Part shown: piece after piece, positions 25,595 through 36,505 of the stretch
Layout: every line of letters starts with the position of its first letter
Numbering within the stretch: position 1 is the first letter of the stretch
Assembly (NCBI GenBank): GCA_023920165.1
Contig: CP089275.1
Span: 5,208,001 to 5,272,000, forward strand
Source of the DNA: Curvularia clavata
Lineage: Eukaryota
Reading direction: 5' to 3'
DNA length: 64,000 nucleotides
Translations under genes and position numbers: made by a program
Notes under the pieces: generated by a model
Databases searched by the model: none
The model's input: only the letters and a program-made list of their open reading frames with translations
What the model was told of the DNA's origin: nothing

Positions 25595-26754
25595 TCAAAA
25601 CACGACAACTTGTCTCTTTTCCGCCTTGCCATTCTTCATATCTTCTATCATCTCCGGCAAGTCTTCCAATTTGCGATACTCGACTTCAGGCTGAATGCTA
25701 TGCTTTCCCGTAAATTCGACCGCTTTCTTCATCCTCTGTGGGATACTTGTACTCTCAGCCTTAATTCGGTACCGACCCGTTGTCAAATCAAATGCAGTGA
25801 TAAAATCGAAGCCTTTAGACGCGATTCCAACTACCATGAGCAAACCCCCTGTGCGTAGCAGGTCAGGTGCGCCAGCGTACGCCACGTTTGAACCAGAATA
25901 CACGGCGGCTGCATGGCATCCCTTACCGTCAGTGAGTTTCTTAATGTCTTCGATGTAGTTTGGATCCGTCTTGGAGTTGAAGGTCGCATCCGCGCCGAGT
26001 TTTCTGGCCATTGAAAGTTGAGAGTCGTTTATGTCGAGAGCGATGGTTTTGATGCCCATCTATTACAATCAGATCAATATCCTGCATCTTGCTCTCGCTA
26101 AAAGAATGTAAAAGAAGGAAATTTACAAGATTAGGAGACAAGAACATACCGCTTTGGAATACTGGATAGCATATTGACCCAGTCCCCCACAACCCACAAC
26201 TGCCAACCACATACCTGGTTCTAGCTCACACCCGTCCACACTATGAAACGCAGTAATGCCAGCGCAGAAAAGCGGCGCTGCCCTTTCCATATCGAGAGTC
26301 TCTGGAATCTTGACCGCACTCATCCAGTCTACAACTGCATACTCAGCGAAGAAACCGTCCGATACGAACCCTTGCAACTTCTGGTTCCCCGTCTCGCAGC
26401 GCAAATTATGCACTTGGCAGCCGGAACAGGTGTAACAGCACCCAGTGAAGTAGTTGAAGCCGATTGCATCGCCGATTGCGAATCCATGACCTGAAGCCTC
26501 CGAGCCAAAAGATTCAATATGTCCGACACCTTCGTGGCCAAGGGTTACGGTGTAGTCTGGGCGCAGGCTCATCCCAAGATCGGAATGGCATAACGATGCA
26601 GAGTGAATCTTGACCAAGAACTGATATGGTGCTGGTGTTGGTTTGGGTACATCATTGATGACAACCTTTTGTTTTTTGCTGAAATGTATGTGAGCAACCG
26701 CAGGACTAGTTTGGGTAAGTGATGAACTCACGGATCCCACTGGCCAGCCTTCAT
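25595..26754 (-). CDS. Zinc-dependent medium-chain alcohol dehydrogenase
   Basis: MKAGQWDP first exon; LCHSD, LGHEG, structural Zn CYTCSGC..C, APLFCAG, GCGGLG; two introns. Confidence 0.92.
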
Positions 26755-27013
26755 GTTTACGGTCTGCTTGCCAGTGTTTTGATGGCCGGATGCAACCTGT
26801 TTCTAGTGCTGATATGATGTATCTTCTTGATGCTCACGTATAAGTAAGAAGGTTATGTTCTTTAGTAGACACAACTAACGAACACAGTCGCCAATCAGGA
26901 GAGGGCATATGAACGATACTGCGAGTCATCTCTGCACTTCGGCACGCCACTCACTGACATTGATATGCATAGCCTGACCAAGCGGAAAGACAAGCCCGAT
27001 ATGACCGCTTATT

Positions 27014-27060
27014 GGGGGGTTGGCCGGGCGTGCGGGGAAGGTAGGAAGCGGGGTGTGGGG
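27014..27060 (+). promoter_or_regulatory. G-run cluster with three CreA-type SYGGRG sites upstream of the alcohol dehydrogenase
   Basis: GCGGGG 27032-27037, GCGGGG 27048-27053, GTGGGG 27055-27060; five G-runs in 47 bp. Confidence 0.45.
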
Positions 27061-27287
27061 TACAAATATCATATTCATGTTACAGTTTCTGGTCAAACTA
27101 TACTTGGCGATAGGCGAGCAATACTCTATACGAGGACTAGTAGCGCATTCTCCAGATCCTTGATGTATACACCTGAATACGAACGCACTCTTTTTAATAA
27201 GCTAAACTCCATTAGTTATGCATGGAAGTAAACACATAGCATAGAAACATTTGCATCCATGCTGCTGTCAATCAAAAGGACTAGCAC

Positions 27288-28406
27288 CTAAGATAGTATG
27301 AAATCCAACCCATTTGCCATCTTCTCGAAGAATTCCTTCCTTGGCTGGTCTAACTTCGATGACGGCCAACCCATAAAGAAGTGTGGATAGCCTTCGAACA
27401 TGTCAAACCGATTGGATACACTGCAACCCGATCAGCAAATTAGTTGAAAAGAAAGGCAACAAGCTTACCCTGCTTCATCGAGCTTCTCCTTCATGAGTAA
27501 AGCATCATCTCTAAGGGTATCGTGGCTTGCCGCGACCATATATACCCGTTTCAAGTCTTTAGTTCTTGGATGCAAAAGTGGCGAGGCGTAATGATCGGTT
27601 GGCGACGCACCGAAGGCATCTGATAGGGAGTCAGTATGCCAAAATCCTGCAAACAAGCTGTCAACCTACCCCAAAAAGCTCGCATTGCTCCTGCCGTGTT
27701 GAGCGTATTCTGGTCGTGTTCCTCCATCGCAGTATATCTGGCCTTCATCTCGTCTGGTACCGCATCCGGATGCACCGTTGGTGGCATAATGCTGAGAATG
27801 CCCACAACTTGGTCACCGAGCCCCTCATCTATAGCCCTCAGCGCGGTTCCAAATGCAATGTGCCCACCGGCAGAGACGCCTGAAGTTATGAATCTGCTTC
27901 CAGCGGTTTTCAGTCGCTGGGAATTATTCAAGGCCCATTTCAAAGCCTCGTAGCATTCGTTCATCAATCCCGGATGCGCGTTTTGGGGTGCAAGTCCGTA
28001 TTCAACGGAGATGACCACAATGTTGCCAGCTTTTGAAATGGCTCTGCTGAAACCGTCGTCCGCATTGATATCACCCATAGCCCAGCCTCCACCATGATAG
28101 TACATGCACACTGGCCTGTCGCCATTGTAGTCAACAGGAGTGTATATACGGACTTTGGTTCCTTTGTCCGTTGTCGTATCTTCTGTTTCAACAGAAGAGT
28201 CAGGCGCTGGGAGGTCGTATTTGGATACCAGCAATTCACCAATATGCGCGAATTGTTGGAGCATGTTTGAGACGGGCGGTGTTAGAGCCATGCGCCCTCC
28301 CCATTCCTCTTCGAACTACATACGTTCGTTACTATAGGTTGTACTTTTTGGTACTCTCTATACGAACCTCTAGCCATGGCTTCGCAAGCTCGTTGTTTGT
28401 CATCAT
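27288..28406 (-). CDS. Alpha/beta-hydrolase, HSL-family esterase/lactonase
   Basis: HGGGW oxyanion motif, GVSAGG nucleophile elbow, HDTLRDD, GYPHFF; three introns; start MMTNNELAKPWLE. Confidence 0.9.
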
Positions 28407-28837
28407 TCACCGATGTTGATTGTTCTGATATAGTGCAACTGGTAGATCATCATGACCCTTCTTTACAAAATGCAATGAACCTGCTCCGCACGCCGAATGC
28501 CATTAGCGTCACTACCACGTACGTGCGTAGTACAACTTTTCCCCGCTGCGACGTGTAAGGAGTAGGTTGGACTCCACCCCCGCTCTTCTTCTCCACGCGT
28601 AACTAACTCCGACATTTGCGGCCCGATTTCAACCCCCCAAAACAAGCCTCGGCTCTAGATCATGCACACCGCTAGCGCATCTTCCGACCCGTGTGCTATG
28701 TGTAGGAGTAACGAGTCATGAGCAGTATCTTCCTCCATGGCTTCCGATTCATGTGGTCTAACAGCATCTACCCACATGTTTTGCAGCGTATGCTTGTGTC
28801 GTAAACCACACTCAGATCCCTTTCAAACACCCCAACC

Positions 28838-30263
28838 ATGGACATAGACGTAAATAGCCACCCAGCGTTCTCTCGCATACCACCATGGGTGAAAGCCAAG
28901 CTGCGCCCTATCGCAATTTCCAAGATACACCAAGTCTACGAATGGGTTGAGAACGAATGCATACCGGCGGAGCGCATATACAAAGCCCAGCTCAAAGGAA
29001 GCGAGACGAGATGGAACACACCAGCCATAATCCATGAACTACGGAAAAAGGCCAAAGCTCAAGGGCTATGGAATTTGTTTCTTCCCAACCACTTCGTCGA
29101 GAGTCCTGGTTTGACGAACCTGGAATATTCGTGTTGTGCAGAGATAATGGGGAGAGTATATTGGGCAGCACAGGTGAATCAACCCTTCTGAACTTCCAGT
29201 CGCCATCTTGAAAGTGCGATATTGATGCAACAAATAGACCATGAACTGCCACGCCCCAGAAACGGGGAACATTGAACTCCTGGCAAAATACTGTACACAG
29301 TCGCAGAAGGAAAGATGGCTTTATCCCTTGATGAACGGCGACATGTCCTCCGCATACAGCATGACCGAGCCTAACGTCGCGTCTTCCGATGCGACTCAAG
29401 TTGGCATCAAAATGGAAATTACGGATAAAGAAGTCATCATCAACGGCCGCAAGCTCTACGGCAACTGCCAGTACAATCCCGAGATGCAACTGTTCATACT
29501 AATGGGGTGCTCTGACCCGACGAACCCGAACCCCTGGAACAGACACACAACGCTTGTGGTGCCAGCCAACAGTCCTGGGCTTCGGCAAATCAGAAACCTG
29601 AGTATAATGGGGTACGACTGGGCGCCTGAGGGACACGGGGAATATGTCTACGAGAACGTGCGCGTGCCGATTGAAAACATCATTCTGGGACCAGGTCGCG
29701 CGTTTGAAATCGCTCAAGGGAGACTGGGACCTGGTCGCATACATCATTGCATGCGGCTAATCGGGCAGGCAGAGCGCGCATTCGAACTCGCGCTTGTGCG
29801 GTGCATGGAGCCGAGGAAGAAGCCACGAGGCAAGTTCATCGGCGAGTTTGATAGCAACATCGAGAGAATTGCTGATATGCGCATGACAATCGATGCAATG
29901 CGACTTGTTGTTCTGAATGCGGCCGATACTATGGATTTGCAGGGTAACAAGGCTGGTAAATATGCGATTGCGCAGAGTAAAATCATGGTACCGAATGCGC
30001 TGCTCAAAGTAATCGATGAAGCCATGCAAATGTATGGCGGCCAGGGATTGACTCAGCATACGCCTTTGCCTGAGATATGGACGTATGCGCGTTTTGTGAG
30101 GGTGGCGGATGGACCTGACTCCGCACATAGACACCAGGTCGGGCGTGATCAGATGAAGACGGCGCAGGGATTCAGGGATAAGGCAAAGGGGTATACGGAG
30201 AGGTACAGAGAATTGTGCAAGAAGTGGGGATTGGAGCCGGAAGAATTCGAGGGAATATTGTAG
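28838..30263 (+). CDS. Acyl-CoA dehydrogenase, ACAD10/ACAD11 (LvaC)-like
   Basis: GLWNLFLP, GLTNLEY, NCHAPETGN, MTEPNVASSDA, AFEIAQGRLGPGRIHHCMR, RVADGPD; one intron ~29173-29237. Confidence 0.9.
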
Positions 30264-30497
30264 CAAATATTTCTTCTAGACCACATCCACTTGAACGGCC
30301 ACATAGATGCTGTGCACGTTACGTGAGGAGAGATACAGAAGGCGTTAAAGCGATGCAATAATACATTAACTAATTCTCTTACATTCATCAAAAGGAAAAA
30401 AAGGGTATCATATCCAACCTACAGAATGCTAGCTCATGTTGGTATCATCTAAGGAGCATACATGGCCCAAATTCATTATTCATAATGCAACCGATGG

Positions 30498-32423
30498 TTA
30501 TCCAAAGCTTAAATTGTCGTCATCGTCAAAAAAGGCTGCCGCGTCTTGTGTCGACATGAGAAAGTCACTAAACGAGGTATTTCTCGCTTTAAAAGACGCT
30601 GTTTCTAGAGAGAAGCTTGTGCGAGGAGTAGCTATACACGGTCTCTTCGTGGGCGGTGCGTGAACCCGGGGTGGTGCTACGGTAGCTTTCCGTTTTGCCT
30701 GAGGTTCAAACATTGATTTCGGTAGCTGTGAGGGCCTCAGCTTGGAAAGTTCAATCTCAAGTCCGGTCGCAAAAGGACCTGGGTTTTTACATTTGCCAGC
30801 TATCTTCTTAGTAGAAGACAGTGGCCTGCTGCTATTTGCAACTATAGATGAGCGTGCTGGTATGTTCGCTGAGGTTCCTTGCGTTTGTCGAGAGGCCAAC
30901 TTCTCCGGGATTGGTGTTGACGATTTCTTCGGCGTGACAATCGCTGGATGTGAGTTTGTCTGACCACTGGCAGTGTCATCGGGATCATCGTCCAGATCAT
31001 CAAGGGAGAAGTCTAGGTCTTGGGTACAAATCGGAGGTAGGTCATCATTCGTGGAAGTTGCTCCCAAAATACTGATGGTTTCGGAGATTTGGGGTTTTGC
31101 ATCGCAGTAGATTTCGCGCGAAATTTGTGTACTGCTTTCAAAGAAGTCGTCCCAACAATCGCTGGCGAGTGAAGATATGGGTTGCAGTCTTTTTCCAGCA
31201 GATGCGGTGTTCAAAGTAACAGGCGAGCCGCAATTCGATGCCGGGAGTCCGGGAAGCTTGAATCCTGGGTATACGGTTGCTGGAGACTTTGTCTGCGGAA
31301 CTGGTGGTACCGGCTTTCTAAGTGATACTGTAGGTGGCATTCGGCTTTGCGTAGATGACGACGGTTGGACTTGTATAAGATCAAGTGCTATACAGATCGG
31401 GAACTGCGTCCGTTCATATGGGTGCTGGTTTCTATACTTGGCCTGAAACGGCACTCGGCGAAGAGTTGTCTGAGTGCCCCTGAGCGGCCCATCTAGGATC
31501 AGACATTCCAACTGATCATTTTCTAGTCGCAAAATCTGAAGATGATGGTTTTTTGATAGTCTGTTGCTTGTGTTCAAATCCTTGAGGAGAGTGACAACAC
31601 AGCCAACTTTTATACGCAGGCGGTGGGGTGGTAGCCCGACAGGATTGAGTTTGTGCAACAACCCTACAGCAGGATTCCATTCCAGAATCGTCGACGAGGC
31701 ATCTTGGGATAGCAGCTCTATTATAGGCCCAGGCAGTTTGTCTAGTGCCGCCTCAACTGACTTGTTTATGGGTCCGTGAGTGCGGGTAAACTCGAGGTTT
31801 TCTCTGGCAAGATCGGATTTTGGCGGGTTTGGTGGAAGAGGCTGAGCCAGTGGAGTATAGGAGGTGGGTGCTGGTTGCGGTCGTGGATTCGGAACACACT
31901 CTTCAGCTGTTTTCAACACCATCATGTCGTGAATCTCTAACAGAGACTCATCGTCAACGTCATCGTCCACCCAATCTTCCGGAGAGGCTTTCTGCTCGGT
32001 GTTGTCATTGTTATCATTGTTATACGGTTCGCTCTCAATAGCGGCGATTGTCTCTTCCAGAAGTCTATCCAACTCTGTTTCTTTGTTTCGTTTCTCTTCA
32101 TCCTTTTTCTTCTTGATCCCCAAAAACGCCTCCATCCCGTTTTTGAGTTGTGCCTGGGTATGGCTGTATCCAATCAGCTGTGTGGCCAGTCCGACCCCCA
32201 GTTGCTTCCTTGCTGCAGCCTCCTTCGTTTCTTTTTCTTTGCGCCTCTTGGCTGCAGCTTTACGCCGCTCCTCAGCCTCCCGTGCCTGGGCGGCGCGCTG
32301 GTTCAACTCGAGTTCTCGCGCCAACTGCTTCCGCTGACGCTCACTGACAAGTCCCCCATTTTTCTTATACTGTTTTTTGAGTTCCGTCGATGTTTGCGCG
32401 ATTCTGTGCGGCGTTGGCGCCAT
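30498..32423 (-). CDS. Hypothetical protein: charged coiled-coil N-terminus, isolated Pif1/Helitron helicase 2B-like domain, S/P/T-rich C-terminus
   Basis: Long intronless ORF; segment GLPPHRLRIKVG..LLKDLN..ILDG..RTQFPI at ~31690-31385; no Walker motifs seen. Confidence 0.75.
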   Translation of the reverse strand: MAPTPHRIAQTSTELKKQYKKNGGLVSERQRKQLARELELNQRAAQAREAEERRKAAAKRRKEKETKEAAARKQLGVGLATQLIGYSHTQAQLKNGMEAFLGIKKKKDEEKRNKETELDRLLEETIAAIESEPYNNDNNDNTEQKASPEDWVDDDVDDESLLEIHDMMVLKTAEECVPNPRPQPAPTSYTPLAQPLPPNPPKSDLARENLEFTRTHGPINKSVEAALDKLPGPIIELLSQDASSTILEWNPAVGLLHKLNPVGLPPHRLRIKVGCVVTLLKDLNTSNRLSKNHHLQILRLENDQLECLILDGPLRGTQTTLRRVPFQAKYRNQHPYERTQFPICIALDLIQVQPSSSTQSRMPPTVSLRKPVPPVPQTKSPATVYPGFKLPGLPASNCGSPVTLNTASAGKRLQPISSLASDCWDDFFESSTQISREIYCDAKPQISETISILGATSTNDDLPPICTQDLDFSLDDLDDDPDDTASGQTNSHPAIVTPKKSSTPIPEKLASRQTQGTSANIPARSSIVANSSRPLSSTKKIAGKCKNPGPFATGLEIELSKLRPSQLPKSMFEPQAKRKATVAPPRVHAPPTKRPCIATPRTSFSLETASFKARNTSFSDFLMSTQDAAAFFDDDDNLSFG

Positions 32424-33108
32424 GGTGGTTGTACATGACGTGGATGAGGCGGGGGTGTGGGATCCTGGAAAGTGGCGACGCATGTTTTGCATAGCCACGC
32501 TAGAGACGCGAAGTCACGTGCTCGCACACTAGTCTTTGTGTTTACTGTCGCCTACATCCAAGTGTCGGCTCACAGAGCTGGCCACCCTCGCCGACTCGTC
32601 AAATGTCTCCAGCTCAACAGGTTACCGAGACCGAAGCCGGTGGAGCGGTTTCCTGACACGGTGCTGACACCGTTAAGCGCCATTGCGGTACCACTTCGGA
32701 GCATGGTTGATACAGCCACCTTCGATTGATCCTGTCCATCACATACTTGCACACATACACTTCCGCTGCGATGATTTTGGTCCGTATGCGTTGGGCGGAC
32801 AAACAGTACACATGTTGCATATTCAACTCGATCAGGCGGCCGTTTGTGGGGAAAAGCACAGCCGGCTCTCCATAGAACACACTTACCCCGCACACAAGCC
32901 GCGCTTGTAGTATATTGGTATCACTCGATTAGGTGAAGGTGCATACATCCAAAGAAATCCTTATATCGTGACTTACGTGATGCCATTTCTAGCTTTTGGG
33001 CGCGATTCATAGTGAAGAAAGTCAGTGATGCTGATTGCATGTATTCCTGCTGAGATATAATCCTTCAACGAAAGCGCATGGCAGACCACTCATACCAATA
33101 ACACCACA

Positions 33109-33960
33109 ATGTCGTTCGCGTTAAAGGGAGTTGCATATATCACTGGCGCGAGTTCAGGTAAGCTAGGAGGTCGTATCACTTATACTGATAATGCTCACAA
33201 CTAACGTTACACAGGTATCGGACAGCACACTGCTTATGCTCTTGCAAGGCAGGGCGTACGCTCACTCGCTTTAGTCGACCGGAACCCATTATCGATGACA
33301 ATAAGCGAATTAAAGAAGATATCGCCTGAGATTTCTATCAAGACATTTGAGCTAGATGTTACCGACGAAAAGGCAGTTGATGATAGTATAGAAAAGACGG
33401 CCAAAGAGTTCGGAAGACTGGACTACGCAGTCAACAATGCGGGAATTGGTGGTATGATCAAAACATCGGACCAAATACCAAAGACCGATTTCGAGAAGAT
33501 TATAGCTGTTAATACAACAGCAGTCTGGCAATGTCAGCGTGCCCAGATTCGACAAATGCTGAGACAGGAAAAATTATCAGACTCGTATCGCTCCTCCCGT
33601 GGATCCATCGTCAATGTTGCCTCCATGTATGGTGTGGTTGCACCGCCGCCCAATGTTCCAGCTACTGCATACGCTACAAGCAAACATGCCGTTGTTGGCC
33701 TTACTAAATCCGATGCGCTTGCATTCGCCCACAAAGGCATCAGGATTAATTCTATTTCTCCTGGTTATGTGTTGACGCCATTGGTCGCGGAAACGATGTC
33801 CGAAGGTGACATGATGGAGAAGGAGAGAATGAAAATTCCAGTTCATCGCTATTCGGAGATGGAAGAGATCGCCGACTGCATAGCATTCTTGCATTCGAAT
33901 GCGGCTAGTTACATGATTGGGGCGAACTTGGTTGCAGATGGCGGATACACAATCACATAG
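33109..33960 (+). CDS. Short-chain dehydrogenase/reductase
   Basis: ITGASS/GIG across intron ~33158-33214, NNAG, YATSK, ISPG, ADGG. Confidence 0.92.
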
Positions 33961-34554
33961 AATGTGGCACAAATGTAGTCATAGACCTTTTAGGATGTGC
34001 ATATTACATCGTTCTTTGCATACACATGCCCCCTGATTTCTGCGCCGATAATGTCTTCTAAAGTCGGGATCATCCCAGACGGAAGTATTGTCTTGGTCCC
34101 AAATGTTTAACCCCACGTTATTCGGGAAATAAAACTCGACGTCACACTCCGGCAAATGTTTAAGACAAGTTGTTTAGAATTCACATGACTCGCCAGCTGG
34201 CTACTGATCTGACCCGGAGGGGCCATTTTTAGGCTGTGTCATGAATCTCTGACCGCGGAAATCGTTTACCACTACTATCGCTGCAAGGGGTCCCTTACAT
34301 GTTCTTCAATATGAGTGGCTAGCACAGTCCGTTACCCCGAATTTGTACATGTCACCAGCATTTCTTCGATTGACTAATCTGACTCATTAATCTTACACAG
34401 TCAATATAAACTGACTCGAATCAAACAGGAAGGTAAGAAGTTTAAGATGCTAAGGCGTAAAAAACGACCTTAAGAAGATGTCCGCCCCTGATCACACTGT
34501 TGGCCACCTCATTTCTCTTTGAATCTCTTTGCATATTTTCATATTGTTCATACG

Positions 34555-36505
34555 ATGGCAGACGGATTCGTGGTTCCATCACAAGCAAACCCACAAGGTG
34601 ACGCTCGACACTGGCTAGAAAGGCCCATTCATGCAGAGCGCCATGTTCGTATCATTTGCGTCGGTGCAGGCGCCTCGGGTCTTCTCATGGCATACAAACT
34701 CCAGAGACATTTCTCCAACTACACTCTTCAAATTTACGAAAAGAATGCTGAGGTGTCTGGCACTTGGTTTGAAAACCGATATCCGGGGTAAGTGGAGGCC
34801 AAGATGCTAAATGCGGGGGATGATACGAGTCTAGCCTCGCTATCAGACTTTACCGACCCTGCCACATCAATACGCCACAATTACTAATTAATTTGCAGAT
34901 GCGCGTGCGATGTTCCTTCCCATAACTATACCTGGTCGTTTGAGCCGAAGCTCGACTGGTCGGCTGTCTACGCTAGTTCCAAAGAGATATTCGCATACTT
35001 CAATAACTTTGCGCGAAAGTACGATCTGCATCAATATGTCAAGACTCGACACCAAGTCATCGGTGCAGAGTGGGACAAGCAAAAGGGCGGTTACCATGTA
35101 AAGGTCAAAGACCTGGAGACTGGTCAGAGCACGGAGGACCATTGTGACATTTTGATAAACGCTTCTGGTATTCTTAATAATTGGCAATGGCCCGCCATAC
35201 CTGGTCTGGACAAATACAAAGGTACATTACTACACACGGCGAACTGGAATGACAACATCGACCTGGCCGGTCGCAATGTTGGTCTTATTGGAAATGGGTC
35301 AGTGCTCTTCCCTCTTAATTCTCAGTGTATACTAACACCGACTTAGTTCTTCTGGTATCCAAGTTCTTCCCGCAATCCAACCATACGTACAGAAAGTAAC
35401 TACCTTCATCCGCGAACCAACATGGGTCTCTCCTGTTCAAGGTCTAGAGCAACACGTCTTTTCCGAAAACGAAAAGCAAACTTTCGCTATGGAGCCTGGT
35501 GCACTGCTCCAATATCGCAAGGACATTGAGCGAGGTCTTAACGGCCAATTCAGCACGTTCCTGAAAAACACCACCACCAACATCGAAACTGAAGCCTACT
35601 TCCGCCAGCAAATGTCCGAAAAACTGAAAAACCCATATCTCGAACAGCGTCTGGTCCCGAATTGGCGTGTCGGCTGTAGAAGGCTAACGCCCGGTGTGGG
35701 TTACCTCGAAGCCCTTGGCAAGCCAAACGTACAGACAGTATATGGCGAGATCAACGAGATCACTGAGCGCGGTTGTCTCTGTGATGACGGGAATGAATAC
35801 CCCGTCGATGTACTCATCTGCGCTACAGGCTTCAACACATCTTTCAAGCCGCGCTTCCCTGTGATTAACTCGTCTGGAGCCAACCTCCAGGATGCCTGGG
35901 CCAAAGAACCCCGCTCCTACTTTGGCCTTGCCGCTCCCGACTTCCCTAACTACCTCATTTTCCTCGGTCCCAACTGTCCCATCGGCAACGGACCTGTGCT
36001 CAGTGGTATTGAAGCTCAGGCTGATTACATGTGCAAACTCATCGACCGCTTCCAAACGCACAATATTTCTTCTTTCGCGCCTAAGACAGAAGCTGTAGAC
36101 GATTTCATCGCGTTCAAGGACGCTTTCATGAAGAAAACCGTGTGGGACGAGCCTTGTCGGTCGTGGTACAAGGGTCTTGGCCCTGATGGTCCTGTCACCG
36201 CTCTTTGGCCTGGCTCAACGCTGCACTATATCGAGGCATTGATGGAGTTGAGACTAGAAGACTGGGATGTGAAGTACAACGGTAATCGTTTCAATTGGCT
36301 TGGTAATGGATACTCGCAGACAGAGGTAGATCCGACGTCTGATTGGGCGTTCTACATAAGAGACGAAGATGATGACGAGCCGATTTCGCGATTGAAGAAG
36401 CTGCGAATCATCAATAAGAGTGGAACGATGAAGCCTAGTGCTGGGGTCAGTTTTACGGGAGTACCAGTGGAGGTCGATGACGCAGCACCAGAGGCGAAGT
36501 TATGA
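34555..36505 (+). CDS. Baeyer-Villiger / flavin-containing monooxygenase 2 with PTS1 (AKL)
   Basis: GAGASG, GTWFENRYPG/CACD, fingerprint YKGTLLHTANW, GNG/SSG, GCRR, ATGF; two introns; ends EAKL*. Confidence 0.93.

Noticed and set aside
30498..32423. Active Helitron element
   Set aside because: No Rep/HUH domain, no helicase ATPase motifs and no terminal hairpin/CTRR end identified; only the 2B-like segment is present.
9946..36505. Sterigmatocystin/aflatoxin or sirodesmin biosynthetic cluster (StcW-like BVMOs, StcI-like esterase, SirQ-like SDR)
   Set aside because: Only family-level resemblance; no PKS, NRPS, prenyltransferase, P450 or methyltransferase in the window.
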